A stretch of DNA of 46,570 nt from Dehalococcoidales bacterium (GCA_035528295.1 DATKYY010000050.1:1-46570), one strand, 5' to 3'; positions 26,323 to 36,347 are shown, counted from the first letter of the stretch. Program-made: numbers and translations. Notes: generated from the letters alone by a model not told the origin.

Positions 26323-28889
26323 CCGATAGAGATGGTTGAGCCTTCGGCGGTTTTAACGACATCAATGCGGCTGGGGAAGGCGTCCCTCAGCTCCTCCACA
26401 TGAGTAATGACCAGTATCTGGTCAAAGTCATCCTGGATTGAATTTATCGCCTCTTTCAGCTTCTCAATACCGGAGCTATCCTGAGTGCCGAAGCCTTCAT
26501 CAATGATTAAGATGGGCAGTGGCGCCCCGGCCCGTCGGGCTAAGAGCTTGGACAGGGCAATGCGGATGGCAAAGTTAATACGAAAGGCTTCACCGCCGCT
26601 GAACATTTCGTAATCCCGTGTCCCCAGCTCGTCAGCGATATTAATATCCAGGGTTTCAATCACATCCCCCTTCTTGGTCTCCCGCTGGGTTTCAATTTTG
26701 ACATTCATTCTGTTATCGGTCATGCGCCCCAGAAGCCGGTTGGCTTCGATTTCAATTTCGGGAAGCGCCGTTTCAATGAGCAGGGCCTGGACCCCCCTCT
26801 TGCCCAGGGCCTGGGCTAGCTCCTGATAGATTTTCTCCTCTCTTGAGGACTTGGTGAGCAGTTTCTCCTTGGCCTTCTTTTTAATCACCAGCTCAGCCAG
26901 GCGCTCCAGCCTGGCTTTTGCCTGCCCCAGCCTTTCCTGGGCTTCCCTTTGCTGGCTGACCAGTGCCTCGTGCTCTGCCTCAGCCTGGGCCAGGTCGGTG
27001 GTCAGCTGGGGGAGGCGCTCCAGCTCCTTGGCCAGAGCCTGCGCCTTTTGCTGGCTTAGCTCCAGGCTTTGGCTCAGTTCGGCGATGGCTTCCCTGGCTC
27101 GAGCTCTGAATTCTTTTTCCTGGTTAATGAGCCGGTCGGCTTCATCCAGTTTTTGCTTCGGTGCTTCGTACTGCTGCCGGCTGGCCAGCTGTTGCCGTAT
27201 CTGTTCGTGCTGCTCAGGGTTGTAGTCCAGTTTGGCTAGCTCGCCTTCCAGCGCGGTCAGTGCCTCCTGCTCGGCGAGGGCAAAGTCCTTCCGGGCCAGG
27301 TGCTGTTCAATTTCAGCCAGTCTCTTTCTGGCCTCGTCCAGTTGGCGGTTAGCCGCTTCGGCTTCAGCAACCTGCTGGCTGATAATAGCCGCCCGGCTCT
27401 GGACGGTGCTTTTTTCCTGGCTCAGCCTTGTTTCCAGAGCAGTTATTTCCCCTTCCAGGCTGGCCAGCTCGGCTCTGGCCTGCGTCAGCTCGGTTTGATT
27501 TGAGGCTAGAGAATCAGCTTTCTGCGCTTTATCCGCCTGGTATTTTGCCTCAATCAGTTTCAGTCCGTCTGCGCCCAGCCTGGTCTCGCATAGCGGGCAG
27601 TTGGCCTCGCTCTGGCCGAGCAGGATGTCAAGCTTCTCGCTTATTTCGCTTATTTCCTGTTCCAGCCGCCTGACACTGGACTCAAGGTAATTAACCCGGG
27701 TGATTAACTCCTGGCTTCGCTGCCTTTTCTGTTTCAGGGCTTCATCTTCACCGGCTAACCGGTTTAGCTCAGCCTGTGCCTGCTGTAACTCCGGCTTGAG
27801 CTGGGCCAGCTTCTGCACATTGGCTTCCAGCTCGGCGATTTTGTTTCGAGTGAGGGTATGTTCGGTGAGTAGTTGCTGGGATGCCTCCCTTATCTTGCTG
27901 TCCAGCTGCGTCTGCTGCCTTTCCAGATTAACCGAGAGCCGGAATTTTTGCTCAAGCTCATCGTTTAGTTTTTTGGTCTCGGCAAAGCGGGCGTAGTTCT
28001 CTTCAATAGTGTTGCGCTGGGCAATCAGCTGTTCATACTCCTGGAGGCGGGACTGGTGCTGGCTCGCCTGCTCCTGCCAGCGCCCCCGGTTCTCCTGGGT
28101 GTTGGTAATGTGTGCCTCCAGCTCATTTAATTGCGTCTTTATTTTCTCCAGCGATTCCTTTTCCTGCCGCAGCTGCTTCAGCCCGGCTTCTTTTTCACCG
28201 CTTATTTCTTCCAGACGGGCAAGCTCGCCCTGCGCCTGTGTCAGCTCGGCTTCATAGACCGGCTGCTGGGACAGCTCGTCATTGATGTCCTGGATGGTGT
28301 TCTCCAGCTGCCCTATTTCCGTTTCCTGCCCTTTGGCCAGCTCTTTCGCCCTTGATTCCAACTCGTCATAAAGGGAGAGCCCCAGTATGTCAGCCAGCAC
28401 CTGCTTGCGCTCCACGGGACGCTTGACGGTGAACTCGTCAGCCCTTCCCTGCAAGAGAAGGGCGCTGTTAATAAAGGTGGGGTAGTCCATATGGAGGACA
28501 TCAATTATTTTCTGCTGGGTCTGGCTGATGCTGTCACCGGAAATAACTTTGTAGCCGTCACCGCTGGCTACCTGAAACTCCAGAATAGTCTGCCCGGGGC
28601 TGCTTCGGCGCCTGGGCTTGGCGCGCTTGCGGATGATGCGGTAGTGTTGCTCGCTAATGGCAAAGTCAAACTCCACCTCCATTTCGGTCTGCCCCAGGTG
28701 GATGAGGTCGTCATCACTCTTGGCTCTGGCTTTACCCCAGAGCGCCCAGGTCATGGCGTCAATCAGGGCTGACTTGCCGTTGCCGTTGTCACCGGCGATG
28801 CAGGCGGTGTGAATGCCATCAAAGTGGAGCGGGGGGACATTATCCCGGTAGCACATGAAATTGCGCACTTTTAGCTTGAGGGGAATCAC
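26319..28889 (-). CDS. sbcC: SbcC/Rad50-family SMC-like ATPase
   Basis: N-terminal Walker A GDNGNGKS, a very long coiled coil with a central CPLC zinc hook, and C-terminal FSGGE signature plus LIIDEGFG Walker B. GTG start. Confidence 0.85.
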   Translation of the reverse strand: MIPLKLKVRNFMCYRDNVPPLHFDGIHTACIAGDNGNGKSALIDAMTWALWGKARAKSDDDLIHLGQTEMEVEFDFAISEQHYRIIRKRAKPRRRSSPGQTILEFQVASGDGYKVISGDSISQTQQKIIDVLHMDYPTFINSALLLQGRADEFTVKRPVERKQVLADILGLSLYDELESRAKELAKGQETEIGQLENTIQDINDELSQQPVYEAELTQAQGELARLEEISGEKEAGLKQLRQEKESLEKIKTQLNELEAHITNTQENRGRWQEQASQHQSRLQEYEQLIAQRNTIEENYARFAETKKLNDELEQKFRLSVNLERQQTQLDSKIREASQQLLTEHTLTRNKIAELEANVQKLAQLKPELQQAQAELNRLAGEDEALKQKRQRSQELITRVNYLESSVRRLEQEISEISEKLDILLGQSEANCPLCETRLGADGLKLIEAKYQADKAQKADSLASNQTELTQARAELASLEGEITALETRLSQEKSTVQSRAAIISQQVAEAEAANRQLDEARKRLAEIEQHLARKDFALAEQEALTALEGELAKLDYNPEQHEQIRQQLASRQQYEAPKQKLDEADRLINQEKEFRARAREAIAELSQSLELSQQKAQALAKELERLPQLTTDLAQAEAEHEALVSQQREAQERLGQAKARLERLAELVIKKKAKEKLLTKSSREEKIYQELAQALGKRGVQALLIETALPEIEIEANRLLGRMTDNRMNVKIETQRETKKGDVIETLDINIADELGTRDYEMFSGGEAFRINFAIRIALSKLLARRAGAPLPILIIDEGFGTQDSSGIEKLKEAINSIQDDFDQILVITHVEELRDAFPSRIDVVKTAEGSTISIG

Positions 28890-28936
28890 TCAAAAGCTCC
28901 GGATGACCAAATTTACTACCCACATTTTAGCATATT

Positions 28937-28964
28937 AAATAAAAAAGAGGGGCTTTGCCCCTCT
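28937..28964 (-). terminator. intrinsic terminator downstream of rpoD
   Basis: Minus strand AGAGGGGC-AAA-GCCCCTCT followed by TTTTTATTT, 24 nt after the rpoD stop. Confidence 0.7.
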
Positions 28965-28987
28965 GTAACATGCTGACTTTACCTGAT

Positions 28988-30418
28988 TTAGTCCAGGTAG
29001 TCTCTTAATTTGCGGCTGCGGCTGGGGTGGCGTAGCTTACGCAGTGCCTTGGCTTCAATCTGGCGGATTCGCTCCCGGGTGACATCAAATTCCTTGCCCA
29101 CTTCCTCCAGAGTCCGGCTCCGGCCATCTTCTAAGCCGAATCTGAGCCGGAGCACCCGCCGTTCGCGGGGGGTGAGGGTGTCGAGCACCTCGTCAATCTG
29201 CTCCTTTAATAATTGCTTGGAGGCGGCATCAACCGGGGGCAGGGCATTGCGGTCTTCAATGAAGTCGCTGAGGTGGCTATCTTCCTCCTCACCAATTGGT
29301 GACTCCAGTGAGATGGGGAGCTGGGCTACCTTGACGATTTCCCTCACCTTTTCCGGTGTTATTTCGATGCCCTTACCGATTTCATCAGCGGTAGGTTCCC
29401 GTCCGTATTCCTGGGCCAGGCGGCGGCTTACCTTGAGCAGACGGTTAATCGTCTCGACCATATGAACCGGGATTCGGATAGTTCGGGCCTGGTCGGCGAT
29501 AGCCCGGGTAATTGCCTGGCGAATCCACCAGGTGGCATAGGTGCTGAATTTATAGCCGCGGCGGTAGTCGAATTTCTGTACCGCCCTGATTAGACCGATA
29601 TTGCCTTCCTGGGCCAGGTCAAGAAGGGACATACCCCGCCCCACATGTTTCTTGGCGACGCTGACGACAAGGCGCAGGTTGGCTTCAGTGAGGCGCTTTT
29701 CCGACTTTTTCGCTTCCTGCTCAACCTGGTCCAGGTAAGCTTTAAACTGCTTCTCAAAGGACTGGGCCGATTTGGCGAAGGCATCGTCGCCGGCGAGCGT
29801 CTCTATCTTGTTCGGGGAGGTATTGTCGCCGATGATGTTGAAGACCTCCTCCGGTAGCAGGCTGATGTTTACCGAGAGGTTAATGAGCAATAGTTCGGTT
29901 ACCGGCGTCGGCTTGTTTATCTGCTGGGTAATATTTTGGATTAGCTGCTGGTCTATCTCATTAGTAAGGCTATCTTTTAGTTTCGGATTAAGAATACTGT
30001 CCTTGAAGTTGGTGGTTGAACTCAAGCCGAGCTGTCCGCGGAGGCGGCGAATAATAGAAGATGCCTGTCCTATCTCCTTGAGTATCGCCAGTATTACCTC
30101 GGTTGCCGAAGGCTCTCGGCCGTTTTTCTGCTGGTAGTCCCGCTTGATGTCACTGATGCGGTTACCCTTCTCCATCTTTTTGGCGAGGTCTTTCTCATCC
30201 TTAGCAGTGAGCAAACGCACTTTGCCAATTTCATGAAGGTACATGTGAACCGGGTCATCGACTACCTCTTGCTCGTCAGCTTCTGCGGGCGTCTCCATCT
30301 CGGCAGCAGGATGTTCCAGGTCCTTATCTATGTCCTTTTGCTTGGATGCCTCTTCATCCTCTTCAATGTTATGTGGAGGTATGTATTTAGGATAATTATC
30401 TCTACTTTCCAACTCCAT
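28988..30418 (-). CDS. rpoD: primary RNA polymerase sigma factor (sigma-70 family, group 1)
   Basis: Regions 1.2 to 4.2 are present ([81 protein letters not shown]). Confidence 0.95.
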   Translation of the reverse strand: MELESRDNYPKYIPPHNIEEDEEASKQKDIDKDLEHPAAEMETPAEADEQEVVDDPVHMYLHEIGKVRLLTAKDEKDLAKKMEKGNRISDIKRDYQQKNGREPSATEVILAILKEIGQASSIIRRLRGQLGLSSTTNFKDSILNPKLKDSLTNEIDQQLIQNITQQINKPTPVTELLLINLSVNISLLPEEVFNIIGDNTSPNKIETLAGDDAFAKSAQSFEKQFKAYLDQVEQEAKKSEKRLTEANLRLVVSVAKKHVGRGMSLLDLAQEGNIGLIRAVQKFDYRRGYKFSTYATWWIRQAITRAIADQARTIRIPVHMVETINRLLKVSRRLAQEYGREPTADEIGKGIEITPEKVREIVKVAQLPISLESPIGEEEDSHLSDFIEDRNALPPVDAASKQLLKEQIDEVLDTLTPRERRVLRLRFGLEDGRSRTLEEVGKEFDVTRERIRQIEAKALRKLRHPSRSRKLRDYLD

Positions 30419-30421
30419 CTC

Positions 30422-32191
30422 TCAACCCCCTTTGCTCCCCGGTCTTGGCTGGCTTCTCTGGGTAAAGACCTCAGCCAGCTGAGCGCTGATTTCTGTTCCC
30501 TGCTCCTCAAGTTTGGCTAGCTCCGCCGCCGGGCCGCCCAACTCAGCGGCTAGGGCTAGTGCCTCCGTGTTCTTATCCTGTAAGCTGCGCAGGAACTTTT
30601 CCCTTAACCGAAGTACACACTGAGTCAGTCTTGACTCTATCTGGTTAGCCGGCACCTTCTTGCCGGTCAGGGAATCGACATACTCATAGAAGGCACTGTC
30701 TAATTTCTGCTTAGTTAATTTTACATCCTTGGTTCTCGTATAGGCAAGGAAGACCTCGCGGTTGGCCGTGTCGGCAAAATATTCCGGCAAAATCTCCCGG
30801 CACTGCTCCTTAAGTTCCGGGTGCTGGAGCAGCAGAGCCAGGCAGTATTCCTCAACGGGATCGGCCAGGGTGGGACGGAAGGCAGGGGCGACTGCTTCTG
30901 GTCTTGGCGCCATGACTCTGCGTTCCGATTTGATTCTGCCCAGCGAGGCTTCCAGACTGTGCTGGCTTACCTTAAGCAGGCGGGCCAGTTTCTGGAGGTA
31001 ATGCTCCTGGCGGACGGCATCTTTAATTTCGGCAATAATGGGCAGGAGCTTCTCTACCGCCTGGGACTTGCCCTTGGCGGTGGTCAGGTCCAGGTTTGCG
31101 GTAAACACGTCAAAGGTGTAATCAACCACGGGCTGAGCCTCTGCCAGCAGTTTCGGCCAGTTCTGCGGGTCTTCTTTAATCACATCATCCGGGTCTCTGC
31201 CCTGGGGCATGATGATAGCCCTGATTTCCGAACCAGTAATGTTTTCATGGTCCACGCAACGGAGCATGGCTTCCTCACCGGCGGCATCGGCATCAAGCGC
31301 CAGAACCAGGTTTTTGGTCAGTCTCTTGAGGGAGCCAATCTGCCTTTCGGTTACCGCGGTTCCCATTGAGGCGACCACATTGCTGAAGCCATGCTGGTGG
31401 GCGGTGATAACATCCATGTAGCCCTCCACAATTACCGCCGTGTCCTGCTGCCTGATTGCCGGCATGGCCAGGTCTATGCCGTAGAGGACAGAGCTTTTAT
31501 TAAAGACGGGTGTTTGTGGCGAGTTGAGGTATTTGGGCATAGAGTCATCCAGCGCCCTTGCCCCGAAACCGATAGTATGTCCCCGGTTGTCATGTATGGG
31601 GAACATCAGCCGATTACGGAACCGGTCGTGCCTTTTCTTGTCCTCGCTTTCCACGATCAGGCCGGCTTCAAGCAAGTCATCTTCGCTGTAGCCGGTCTCC
31701 ACCAGGTGCTGCTTTAAGGCTTCCCAGCTATTCGGGCTGAAGCCCAGCTGAAAATCGGCGACTGTTTTCAGGGATAAGCCCCGGCGGGCAATATAATTCC
31801 GTACCGCTTCGGCGGTTGGTGAACTGATTAGTAAATTATAGAAGTATTCGGCGGCCGCCTGATTAATCTGGTAGAGTTTCGGTTTCTTGCCTCCCTCGGC
31901 TTCGGCTCGGGTAGGGAGACTGACCCCCGCCTTCTGGGCGAGAAGTTGCAGTGCTTCACCGAAGTCAATGCCCTGCTTTTTCATAACCAGCGAAAAAGCA
32001 TCACCCCCGGTGTTGCAGGCGCCGAAGCAGTGCCAGCTCTGCTGGTCAGGATAGACGAAGAAAGAGGGGTCTTTCTCACTGTGCAGGGGGCAGAGCCCCC
32101 TGAAGTTGCGCCCCGCCTTGATTAGCTTGGTGTACTGGCTGGCGACATCAACGATGTCAATTTTTTGTTTGACCTCATCAATTACGCTCAT
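30422..32191 (-). CDS. dnaG: DNA primase
   Basis: CHC2 zinc finger (CPLHSEKDPSF...WHCFGC), TOPRIM domain (VIVEGYMDV, LALDADAAG) and a C-terminal helical domain. Confidence 0.93.
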   Translation of the reverse strand: MSVIDEVKQKIDIVDVASQYTKLIKAGRNFRGLCPLHSEKDPSFFVYPDQQSWHCFGACNTGGDAFSLVMKKQGIDFGEALQLLAQKAGVSLPTRAEAEGGKKPKLYQINQAAAEYFYNLLISSPTAEAVRNYIARRGLSLKTVADFQLGFSPNSWEALKQHLVETGYSEDDLLEAGLIVESEDKKRHDRFRNRLMFPIHDNRGHTIGFGARALDDSMPKYLNSPQTPVFNKSSVLYGIDLAMPAIRQQDTAVIVEGYMDVITAHQHGFSNVVASMGTAVTERQIGSLKRLTKNLVLALDADAAGEEAMLRCVDHENITGSEIRAIIMPQGRDPDDVIKEDPQNWPKLLAEAQPVVDYTFDVFTANLDLTTAKGKSQAVEKLLPIIAEIKDAVRQEHYLQKLARLLKVSQHSLEASLGRIKSERRVMAPRPEAVAPAFRPTLADPVEEYCLALLLQHPELKEQCREILPEYFADTANREVFLAYTRTKDVKLTKQKLDSAFYEYVDSLTGKKVPANQIESRLTQCVLRLREKFLRSLQDKNTEALALAAELGGPAAELAKLEEQGTEISAQLAEVFTQRSQPRPGSKGG

Positions 32192-33243
32192 TTTACCCTG
32201 CTCTTGATTAAAGATAGCCCCTCCGCTGTCCTCAGCGCATACTGGTCGGTCATGCCGGCGATGTAGTCCACCACCCGCCGCGGGGTGTCAGCGTCGCCCA
32301 GTTGGTATTCGGGGGGCAGTTTGTCTTCATGCTGGTTGAAGTAGTGGTATAGCCGGCGTAACACCTCTCTGGCTTTTTCTGATTCCTGCTGGGCGGAGCG
32401 CACGTTATACACCCGTTCAAAGAGAAAATCGCGCAGCTTATTGGTCATCTTCAGGACTGGCTCACTCATGCCTATTTTGGGTGTCTCGCTGGGGATATTC
32501 CCACTGGCTGACCAGGAAAACTCGATAACATCGCTGACCATGGTATTGATGCGCTGGGAGTGGGTGTGCCCCAGTAGCTGAATCGGCTCAACGGGCAGCT
32601 CGTTATCGGTGATTACGCCCGCCCTTATCGCGTCGCCAATATCATGGTTGATATAGGCGATGACATCGGCAATCCGGCATACCTGCCCCTCCAGGGTATC
32701 GGGCAGGGTTGAGTCTTCGCTCAGGATGTCTTCTCTGGTCTTGGAGTGGTGGGCAATGCCGTCTCTCACCTCCCAGGTGAGGTTGAGCCCCTGACCGTCT
32801 TTTTCCAATATTTCCACCACGCGCCGGCTCTGTTCGTTGTGCCTGAATCCGCCGGGATAGAGCTCATTGAGCACTTCCTCACCGACGTGACCGAAGGGGG
32901 TATGCCCCAGGTCATGCCCCAGGGCGATGGCCTCGGTCAGGTCTTCATTCAGGTTCAGGGCGCGGGCAATGGTGCGGGCAATTTGAGACACCTCCAGGGT
33001 ATGGGTGAGCCGGGTGACATAGTGGTCACCCAGCGGAGCAATGAAGACCTGCGTTTTATGCTTCAGCCGGCGGAAAGCCTTGCTGTGTATTATGCGGTCC
33101 CGGTCACGCTGAAATTCGGTGCGTACCGGGCAGGGCGCCTCGTATTTTGACCTGCCCCGCGACGCTCTGCTTTTGGCGGCATAGGGGGAAAGGGTTTCTT
33201 CCCTTTCTTCAATCATCTGGCGGATGTTAAGCCGGCCAATCAT
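32188..33243 (-). CDS. dgt: dGTP triphosphohydrolase-like HD protein
   Basis: HSKAFRRLKHKTQVF, RLTHTLEVSQIAR and LGHDLGHTPFGH. I place the start at ATG 33243-33241, which overlaps the ppsA stop by 1 nt. The track ORF to 33339 would overlap ppsA by 97 nt. Confidence 0.85.
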   Translation of the reverse strand: MIGRLNIRQMIEEREETLSPYAAKSRASRGRSKYEAPCPVRTEFQRDRDRIIHSKAFRRLKHKTQVFIAPLGDHYVTRLTHTLEVSQIARTIARALNLNEDLTEAIALGHDLGHTPFGHVGEEVLNELYPGGFRHNEQSRRVVEILEKDGQGLNLTWEVRDGIAHHSKTREDILSEDSTLPDTLEGQVCRIADVIAYINHDIGDAIRAGVITDNELPVEPIQLLGHTHSQRINTMVSDVIEFSWSASGNIPSETPKIGMSEPVLKMTNKLRDFLFERVYNVRSAQQESEKAREVLRRLYHYFNQHEDKLPPEYQLGDADTPRRVVDYIAGMTDQYALRTAEGLSLIKSRVK

Positions 33244-35501
33244 TAAGGCTTGATGCCTAACCTCTCTTCTGCCTTGGCAATTATCTCCCTGGTTTTGCCA
33301 ATCATATCCGGGCTGATTGACACTGAGGTTATACCCCACTCCACCAGTTTTTCGGTAAGTTCGGGGTATACCGAAGGTGCCTCTCCGCAGATAGAGGAGG
33401 TTACTCCCATGCTCTTGGAGACTTTGATTGCCCTTTCCAGCGAGGTGAGCACGGCATCATTGCGCTCATCAAATTCTTCAGCTAGCTTGGGGCTATCCCG
33501 GTCAATGCCGAGGGTGAGCTGGGTCAGGTCGTTGGAGCCGATTGATATGCCGTCAATACCGACCTCAAGGAATTGCTCCATAATAATGATGTTTGACGGC
33601 ACCTCGGCCATCATCCACAGCTTGAATTCATCGGAGCGCTTGAGTCCCTCCGCTTCCATAATCTCTTTACATCGGGCCAGCTCATCAACGGTTCTAACGA
33701 AGGGCAGCATCACCCAGAGGTTCTTGTATTTCTGCCTCACCTGCTTGATAGCGTCCAGCTCCAGCTTGAATACCTCAACCTCTCTGATATAGCGGGAGCA
33801 GCCGCGATAACCAAGCATCGGGTTCTCCTCTTGGGGCTCAAACTTTTTGCCCCCGGTGAGTGTCCGGTATTCATTGGTCTTGAAGTCGGTGGTGCGGTAG
33901 ACCACCGGGCGCGGGTTAAAAGCCCTGGCAAAGGCGGTGATGCCCTCCGCCAGTTTGTGGGTGAACTCACTGCCCCGGTTCTGGCTTATCATGTAGGCGG
34001 GGTGTTGGCCAATCTGGGCGATGATGAACTCGGCTCGGGCCAGCCCCACCCCGTCAACATTACGCGCGGCTACGGTCTCGGCCAGCTCGGGCTGAGCCAG
34101 ATTAACATAGACCCTGGTTTTGGTCTTAATCTGTTCTCTCAGAATATCGGCGACGGTAGTTGTCGCTTCTTTGGCCACCTTACCGGCGTAGACCTTGCCC
34201 CGTGAGCCGTCCACGGTGATTATCTGCCCGTCTTTCAGCTTATGGGTTGCCTCCCCGGTACCGACGATGCAGGGAATACCCAGTTCCCGGCTGACAATAG
34301 CGGCGTGTGAGGTTCTACCACCCCGGTCGGTGACGATAGCCACGGCTCGTTTCATGGCGGGTACAAAATCGGGGGTGGTCATCTCGGCCACCAGAATATC
34401 GCCGCGGCGCACCTTGTCTATCCCGGAGGCTTCAGGCACTATCTTGACTGGTCCCGAAGCCATGCCCGGGCTGGCGGATACCCCGGTGAGGAGGGTAGGG
34501 GCTTTAATTTCAGGGGCAACCTCAGCCACTTCTTTGATGGTGGTTACCGGGCGAGTCTGCACAATAAAGAGCTCATTATTCTCTTTGGCCCACTCAATAT
34601 CCTGGGGGAATTTATAGTGCTCTTCCAGCTGCTTTCCCAGCTTGGCCAGTTGTAGTATGTCCTTATCGGTTATTTTTTGTTTGCTTCGGCTTGAGGCAGG
34701 GATCACTGCCCGAATATTGGCCTTATCCCCGTCCCGCTTTGGATTCTTGATTAGCTTCCACTCCTGGGTGCCGACTTGCTTGTTGCTAATCTTGAGCCCC
34801 TTTTTGTCGATAATATACAGGTCAGGGGTTACCTCACCACCAACAATAGTTTCACCAAGCCCGAAGACGGCTTCAATAATAATCTTGGTCTGGTCGCTGG
34901 TTACCGGTTCCAGAGTGAACATAACCCCGGAGGCTTCCGATTGCACCATCTTCTGCACGGGCACGGCGATATGTACTTTAAAGTGGTCAAAGCCGTGCTG
35001 CTCCCGATAGAAAATGGCCCGTGGTTCAAAGAGGGATGCCCAGCAACCCTGGACCGCAGTTACCACTTCTTTCTCGCCTTCGACATTGAGGAAGGTGCTT
35101 TGCTGACCGGCGAAAGAGGCTTCGGGCAGGTCTTCGGCGGTGGCCGAGGAACGGACGGCAACCAGCCCCTTGCCCATTTTGCGATAGGCTTCTTTAATCT
35201 CGCTGGCTAGCTCCGCTGGCATCGGCGCATCCAGAATTACCTGTTTAATCTTACCGGCCGTCTGCTGGAGCTTTTTACTGTCATTGGAATCTAGCGGCTT
35301 TAAGAGTTGCCAGATTTTATCGGTAATTTTGGTCCGGTTGAGGAAATCGACGTAGGCGCTAGCAGTGACTATGAAGCCAGGGGGTACCGGAATATTTGCC
35401 CTGGACATCTCGCCTAAATTGGCGCCTTTTCCGCCAACAGTAGGCACATCGTCTTTGGTAACCTCGTTGAACCAGACGATAGCCTTTTGACCCTTGATCA
35501 C
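33243..35501 (-). CDS. ppsA: phosphoenolpyruvate synthase (pyruvate, water dikinase)
   Basis: VGGKGANLGEM ATP-grasp N-terminus, GGRTSHAAIVSRELGIPCIVG phosphohistidine domain and a PEP-utilising TIM-barrel C-terminus. The start is set at GTG 35501, with GGAGG 7 nt upstream. Confidence 0.88.
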   Translation of the reverse strand: MIKGQKAIVWFNEVTKDDVPTVGGKGANLGEMSRANIPVPPGFIVTASAYVDFLNRTKITDKIWQLLKPLDSNDSKKLQQTAGKIKQVILDAPMPAELASEIKEAYRKMGKGLVAVRSSATAEDLPEASFAGQQSTFLNVEGEKEVVTAVQGCWASLFEPRAIFYREQHGFDHFKVHIAVPVQKMVQSEASGVMFTLEPVTSDQTKIIIEAVFGLGETIVGGEVTPDLYIIDKKGLKISNKQVGTQEWKLIKNPKRDGDKANIRAVIPASSRSKQKITDKDILQLAKLGKQLEEHYKFPQDIEWAKENNELFIVQTRPVTTIKEVAEVAPEIKAPTLLTGVSASPGMASGPVKIVPEASGIDKVRRGDILVAEMTTPDFVPAMKRAVAIVTDRGGRTSHAAIVSRELGIPCIVGTGEATHKLKDGQIITVDGSRGKVYAGKVAKEATTTVADILREQIKTKTRVYVNLAQPELAETVAARNVDGVGLARAEFIIAQIGQHPAYMISQNRGSEFTHKLAEGITAFARAFNPRPVVYRTTDFKTNEYRTLTGGKKFEPQEENPMLGYRGCSRYIREVEVFKLELDAIKQVRQKYKNLWVMLPFVRTVDELARCKEIMEAEGLKRSDEFKLWMMAEVPSNIIIMEQFLEVGIDGISIGSNDLTQLTLGIDRDSPKLAEEFDERNDAVLTSLERAIKVSKSMGVTSSICGEAPSVYPELTEKLVEWGITSVSISPDMIGKTREIIAKAEERLGIKP

Positions 35502-35539
35502 AATGGGGCCTCCTTTCCCAAACGAGGTCAAAAATTTAT

Positions 35540-35565
35540 ACCTGTATTATACATACCATACAGGT
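35540..35565. promoter_or_regulatory. perfect inverted repeat ACCTGTAT-N10-ATACAGGT in the ppsA / BFN divergent region (candidate operator)
   Basis: Arms at 35540-35547 and 35558-35565. It overlaps a minus-strand TTGTCA-18-TATAAT candidate ppsA promoter. Confidence 0.35.
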
Positions 35566-35599
35566 CTGCTGACAAGTAGTCAATCAGTAAATTATCTGG

Positions 35600-35628
35600 T
35601 TGACAGTAGCTGTAGTTTAGAGTAAAAT
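35600..35628 (+). promoter_or_regulatory. candidate sigma70-type promoter for ORF 35654
   Basis: TTGACA (35600-35605), a 17-nt spacer, then TAAAAT (35623-35628). Confidence 0.5.
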
Positions 35629-35653
35629 TGGCTACGAGTGGGGGGTTGGCGAT

Positions 35654-36232
35654 ATGATAGAAATGACGATTGAGAGTATCCGAGTCAGCCTGATGAATTA
35701 CCAGCGGGTAGTCCTCCTGAGGGAGAAGACGGAGGAAGGGGAAGATGAGAATGCGCCCAAGCGCTATCTACCCATCTGGATTGGTCCGGCTGAGGCAGAT
35801 GCCATTGCGGTCAAGCTTCAGGGCGTTAATGTGCCGCGCCCCCTGACCCATGATTTGCTCAGCTCAATCATCGCTACCCTGAAGGCCAGCATTGATTCTA
35901 TCATTGTTAATGACCTTAAGAATGATACTTTCTACGCCAAGATTATTTTAAATACCGAGGGAGAGCAAACCGAGATTGACTCCCGCCCCAGTGATGCGCT
36001 GGCGCTGGCGGTAAGGGTGGAAGCGCCCATCTATGCTGATGAGTCAGTTTTAGATAGGGCTGGCATCCTGCTTGATAAAGAAACAGGCAAGCCGATTATG
36101 GATGAAGCGGAAATGTCTGAAGGCAAAGGCAAAGGCAAAGCGGTTAGCGAAGAAGAGATGAAAAGGATGTCGGCTTTCTATGAGTTTATTAACACCCTTG
36201 ATCTAGAGGACTTTGACAAGCGTAAATCTTAG
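35654..36232 (+). CDS. bifunctional nuclease (DUF151/BFN) family protein
   Basis: LPIWIGPAEADAIA...PRPLTHDLL...FYAKIIL...DSRPSDALALAVR pattern typical of DUF151. Confidence 0.7.
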   Translation: MIEMTIESIRVSLMNYQRVVLLREKTEEGEDENAPKRYLPIWIGPAEADAIAVKLQGVNVPRPLTHDLLSSIIATLKASIDSIIVNDLKNDTFYAKIILNTEGEQTEIDSRPSDALALAVRVEAPIYADESVLDRAGILLDKETGKPIMDEAEMSEGKGKGKAVSEEEMKRMSAFYEFINTLDLEDFDKRKS

Positions 36233-36316
36233 CGCTTTTGGCTCAGGAGTGCGGGTGCTCTGAAGCGATATCGGTATGGTAAGGTTACTCATTAGTCCTA
36301 CTTATGAGTTAAAATA

Positions 36317-36347
36317 AAACCCTAGAGTGAATAATTCTAGGGTTTTT
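36317..36347 (+). terminator. intrinsic terminator-like hairpin between the BFN gene and atpZ
   Basis: AAACCCTAGA-(9-nt loop)-TCTAGGGTTT followed by TT. It ends 20 nt before the atpZ start. Confidence 0.55.

Noticed and set aside
26851-28772. A series of plus-strand ORFs (60-124 aa) inside sbcC.
   Set aside because: They are Ser/Cys/Leu/Ala-rich complements of the Glu/Gln/Leu/Ala coiled-coil codons of sbcC. They have no start context or motifs.
33244-33339. N-terminal 32 residues of track ORF 32188..33339, which overlap the ppsA 3' end by 97 nt.
   Set aside because: The ATG at 33243 gives a 1-nt stop/start overlap with ppsA, typical of coupling. The upstream residues (MGYNLSVNQPGYDWQ...) are not dGTPase-like.
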